Of a stretch of 64,000 nt of DNA, positions 62,542-64,000 are shown one piece after another. Position numbers and translations under genes: made by a program. The stretch is from Lama glama (Eukaryota). Within the stretch, counting starts at the first letter, position 1. Each line of letters starts with the position of its first letter. Under the pieces are notes generated by a model. That model was not told the DNA's origin. It saw only the letters and a list, made by a program, of their open reading frames with translations, and ran no database searches. The stretch covers positions 21,764,001 to 21,828,000 of the forward strand of contig CM052817.1 in NCBI GenBank assembly GCA_028534125.1, read 5' to 3'.

Positions 62542-64000
62542 AATATAGACATGTAAGTAATAGAAATATGAAAACAGTTACATAATTTAATATGTACATG
62601 AGATTATAATATAAAATGCAGAAATTTTTAACCATTGTTTGAGTTAGTCAGAGATCGATTACTGGAAAAAGTGAGATGATTGGCACTGAAAGTAAGTCTA
62701 ATTAGTGATAGAGGACAAGGAATTGGAAAACAATAGAGAGAGAAACAAGTTGTTAAGTAAGGGATCCAAAGCAGAAATGAATGAAGTGTGCCTTGGTGAT
62801 TTGGAACTTAACATTTTATCATTGATTTGGATATTGGTAGTGCTTACCAATGATCTCTTTCATCTGTTATTCTATAAATTTCTATTTTTTAAGCTTATGC
62901 TGACTGATAAAGTGCTCATTTTAATGATTTAATATTATATACAGTCTTTCAATATAAATATAGTTAGTAATTTAAAAATATCTAACTTCAATATTCATAT
63001 TAAATATGGACATTTCGTTTCTTTTATGGAAATCTGTGTAGAAAGTTGTCTTTTTTAACTGTGATTTGATTGCATCTGTCTTTTTTATGGTTTTTAACTC
63101 TAAAATCGAAAAAAGAGACTATTTAAATCAAACATGCAAATAAACAGTATGAAAGTAGTACCTCTTCTAAGATAGAATTCTCGGGCCAATGATCTCTTCT
63201 TGGTGCTGGCTTCAAAGATACTGAATTTCTATTATAACTTCTAAGATAAGAACATGACAACTTAGCAGACAGAATCCCTCTTTAAGTACCATATCTCCAC
63301 ATAAAAACTGTGTGTTGAAGCCTCCAAACTAAGTAATTTTATTGAAAGAAAAACACGTAACTTGTGTGGCAAGGATAAAATTAATTAACCAATTAAGAGA
63401 AGTCTTTTCAAAAACTGATTACAGTATCATGTGAGCAAATCAAATCATGGATCTCCTCAAGATACCAGCATTTAAATTTGTATATTACAGATAGTCATGA
63501 TGATAGATTTTTATTTTCAAAGAAGTTAAACTTCTTGGTGCAGGATGCGGAAAATATTTTCTCAGAACCTATTAGCAACACTAACTTCAGTATTATAAAA
63601 ATGGTTTGGTAGTATCATACTTGAACAGATGTCCCCAGGCCAATATATACTGAAAGCAAAGGAAAGCAAATTATTCATAGTTTGAAAGGTATCAGCTAAA
63701 GAGTAATAATGAATCAAATCCCTGCTCTCAAAAAACATTTCATTTACGACAAGGCTGTGCACAGAGTGTTAAATTGTCATGCCAGGTTTCCAGGCCATAC
63801 AGCCTGATCCAAGAGTCCACACTCTTCACCACTATATAAAATATTCATTACTCCAGAGTGAGTTATACCAAGTTGTTAATTCATTGTAAATTTTTCTAGT
63901 GAAATATTCACATAGCAGACATTCTGGCAATTTGCGGCAAACACTACTGAATCTGATTAATTTCTGCTTCATTTGCATTTCAAAATTTATTTACATTGAG

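Overview
AT-rich mammalian genomic DNA, most likely camelid: a Vic-1-like tRNA-derived SINE lies at 2922-3020 and I saw no Alu, Bov, PRE or CAN SINEs. No protein-coding gene can be supported. The ORF track consists of L1 ORF2 relics, LTR-derived frames and chance ORFs. The one gene-like landmark is a CpG-island promoter (~19300-19830) with CGCG/BANP-like, ZNF143-like and GC-box motifs. It appears bidirectional. A minus-strand transcript has candidate non-coding 5' exons at ~19401-19540, 18739-18925 and 1049-1130, an architecture that recalls POT1/POT1-AS1 (unverified). A plus-strand non-coding transcript may run the other way. The rest is transposon-derived. Main observations: (1) eight TSD-bounded ERV1-type solo LTRs piled within 9 kb of the promoter, including a three-level nest inside an older ERV internal region; (2) a TSD-flanked L1 with its 5'UTR but no ORF1; (3) a 67-nt L1 insertion with a probable miniature 3' transduction; (4) a templated inverted-plus-direct local duplication; (5) an L1 with 55 nt of foreign 5' filler. 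Repeat family names come from recognition of consensus motifs by eye, not from a search. I found no convincing new biological system.
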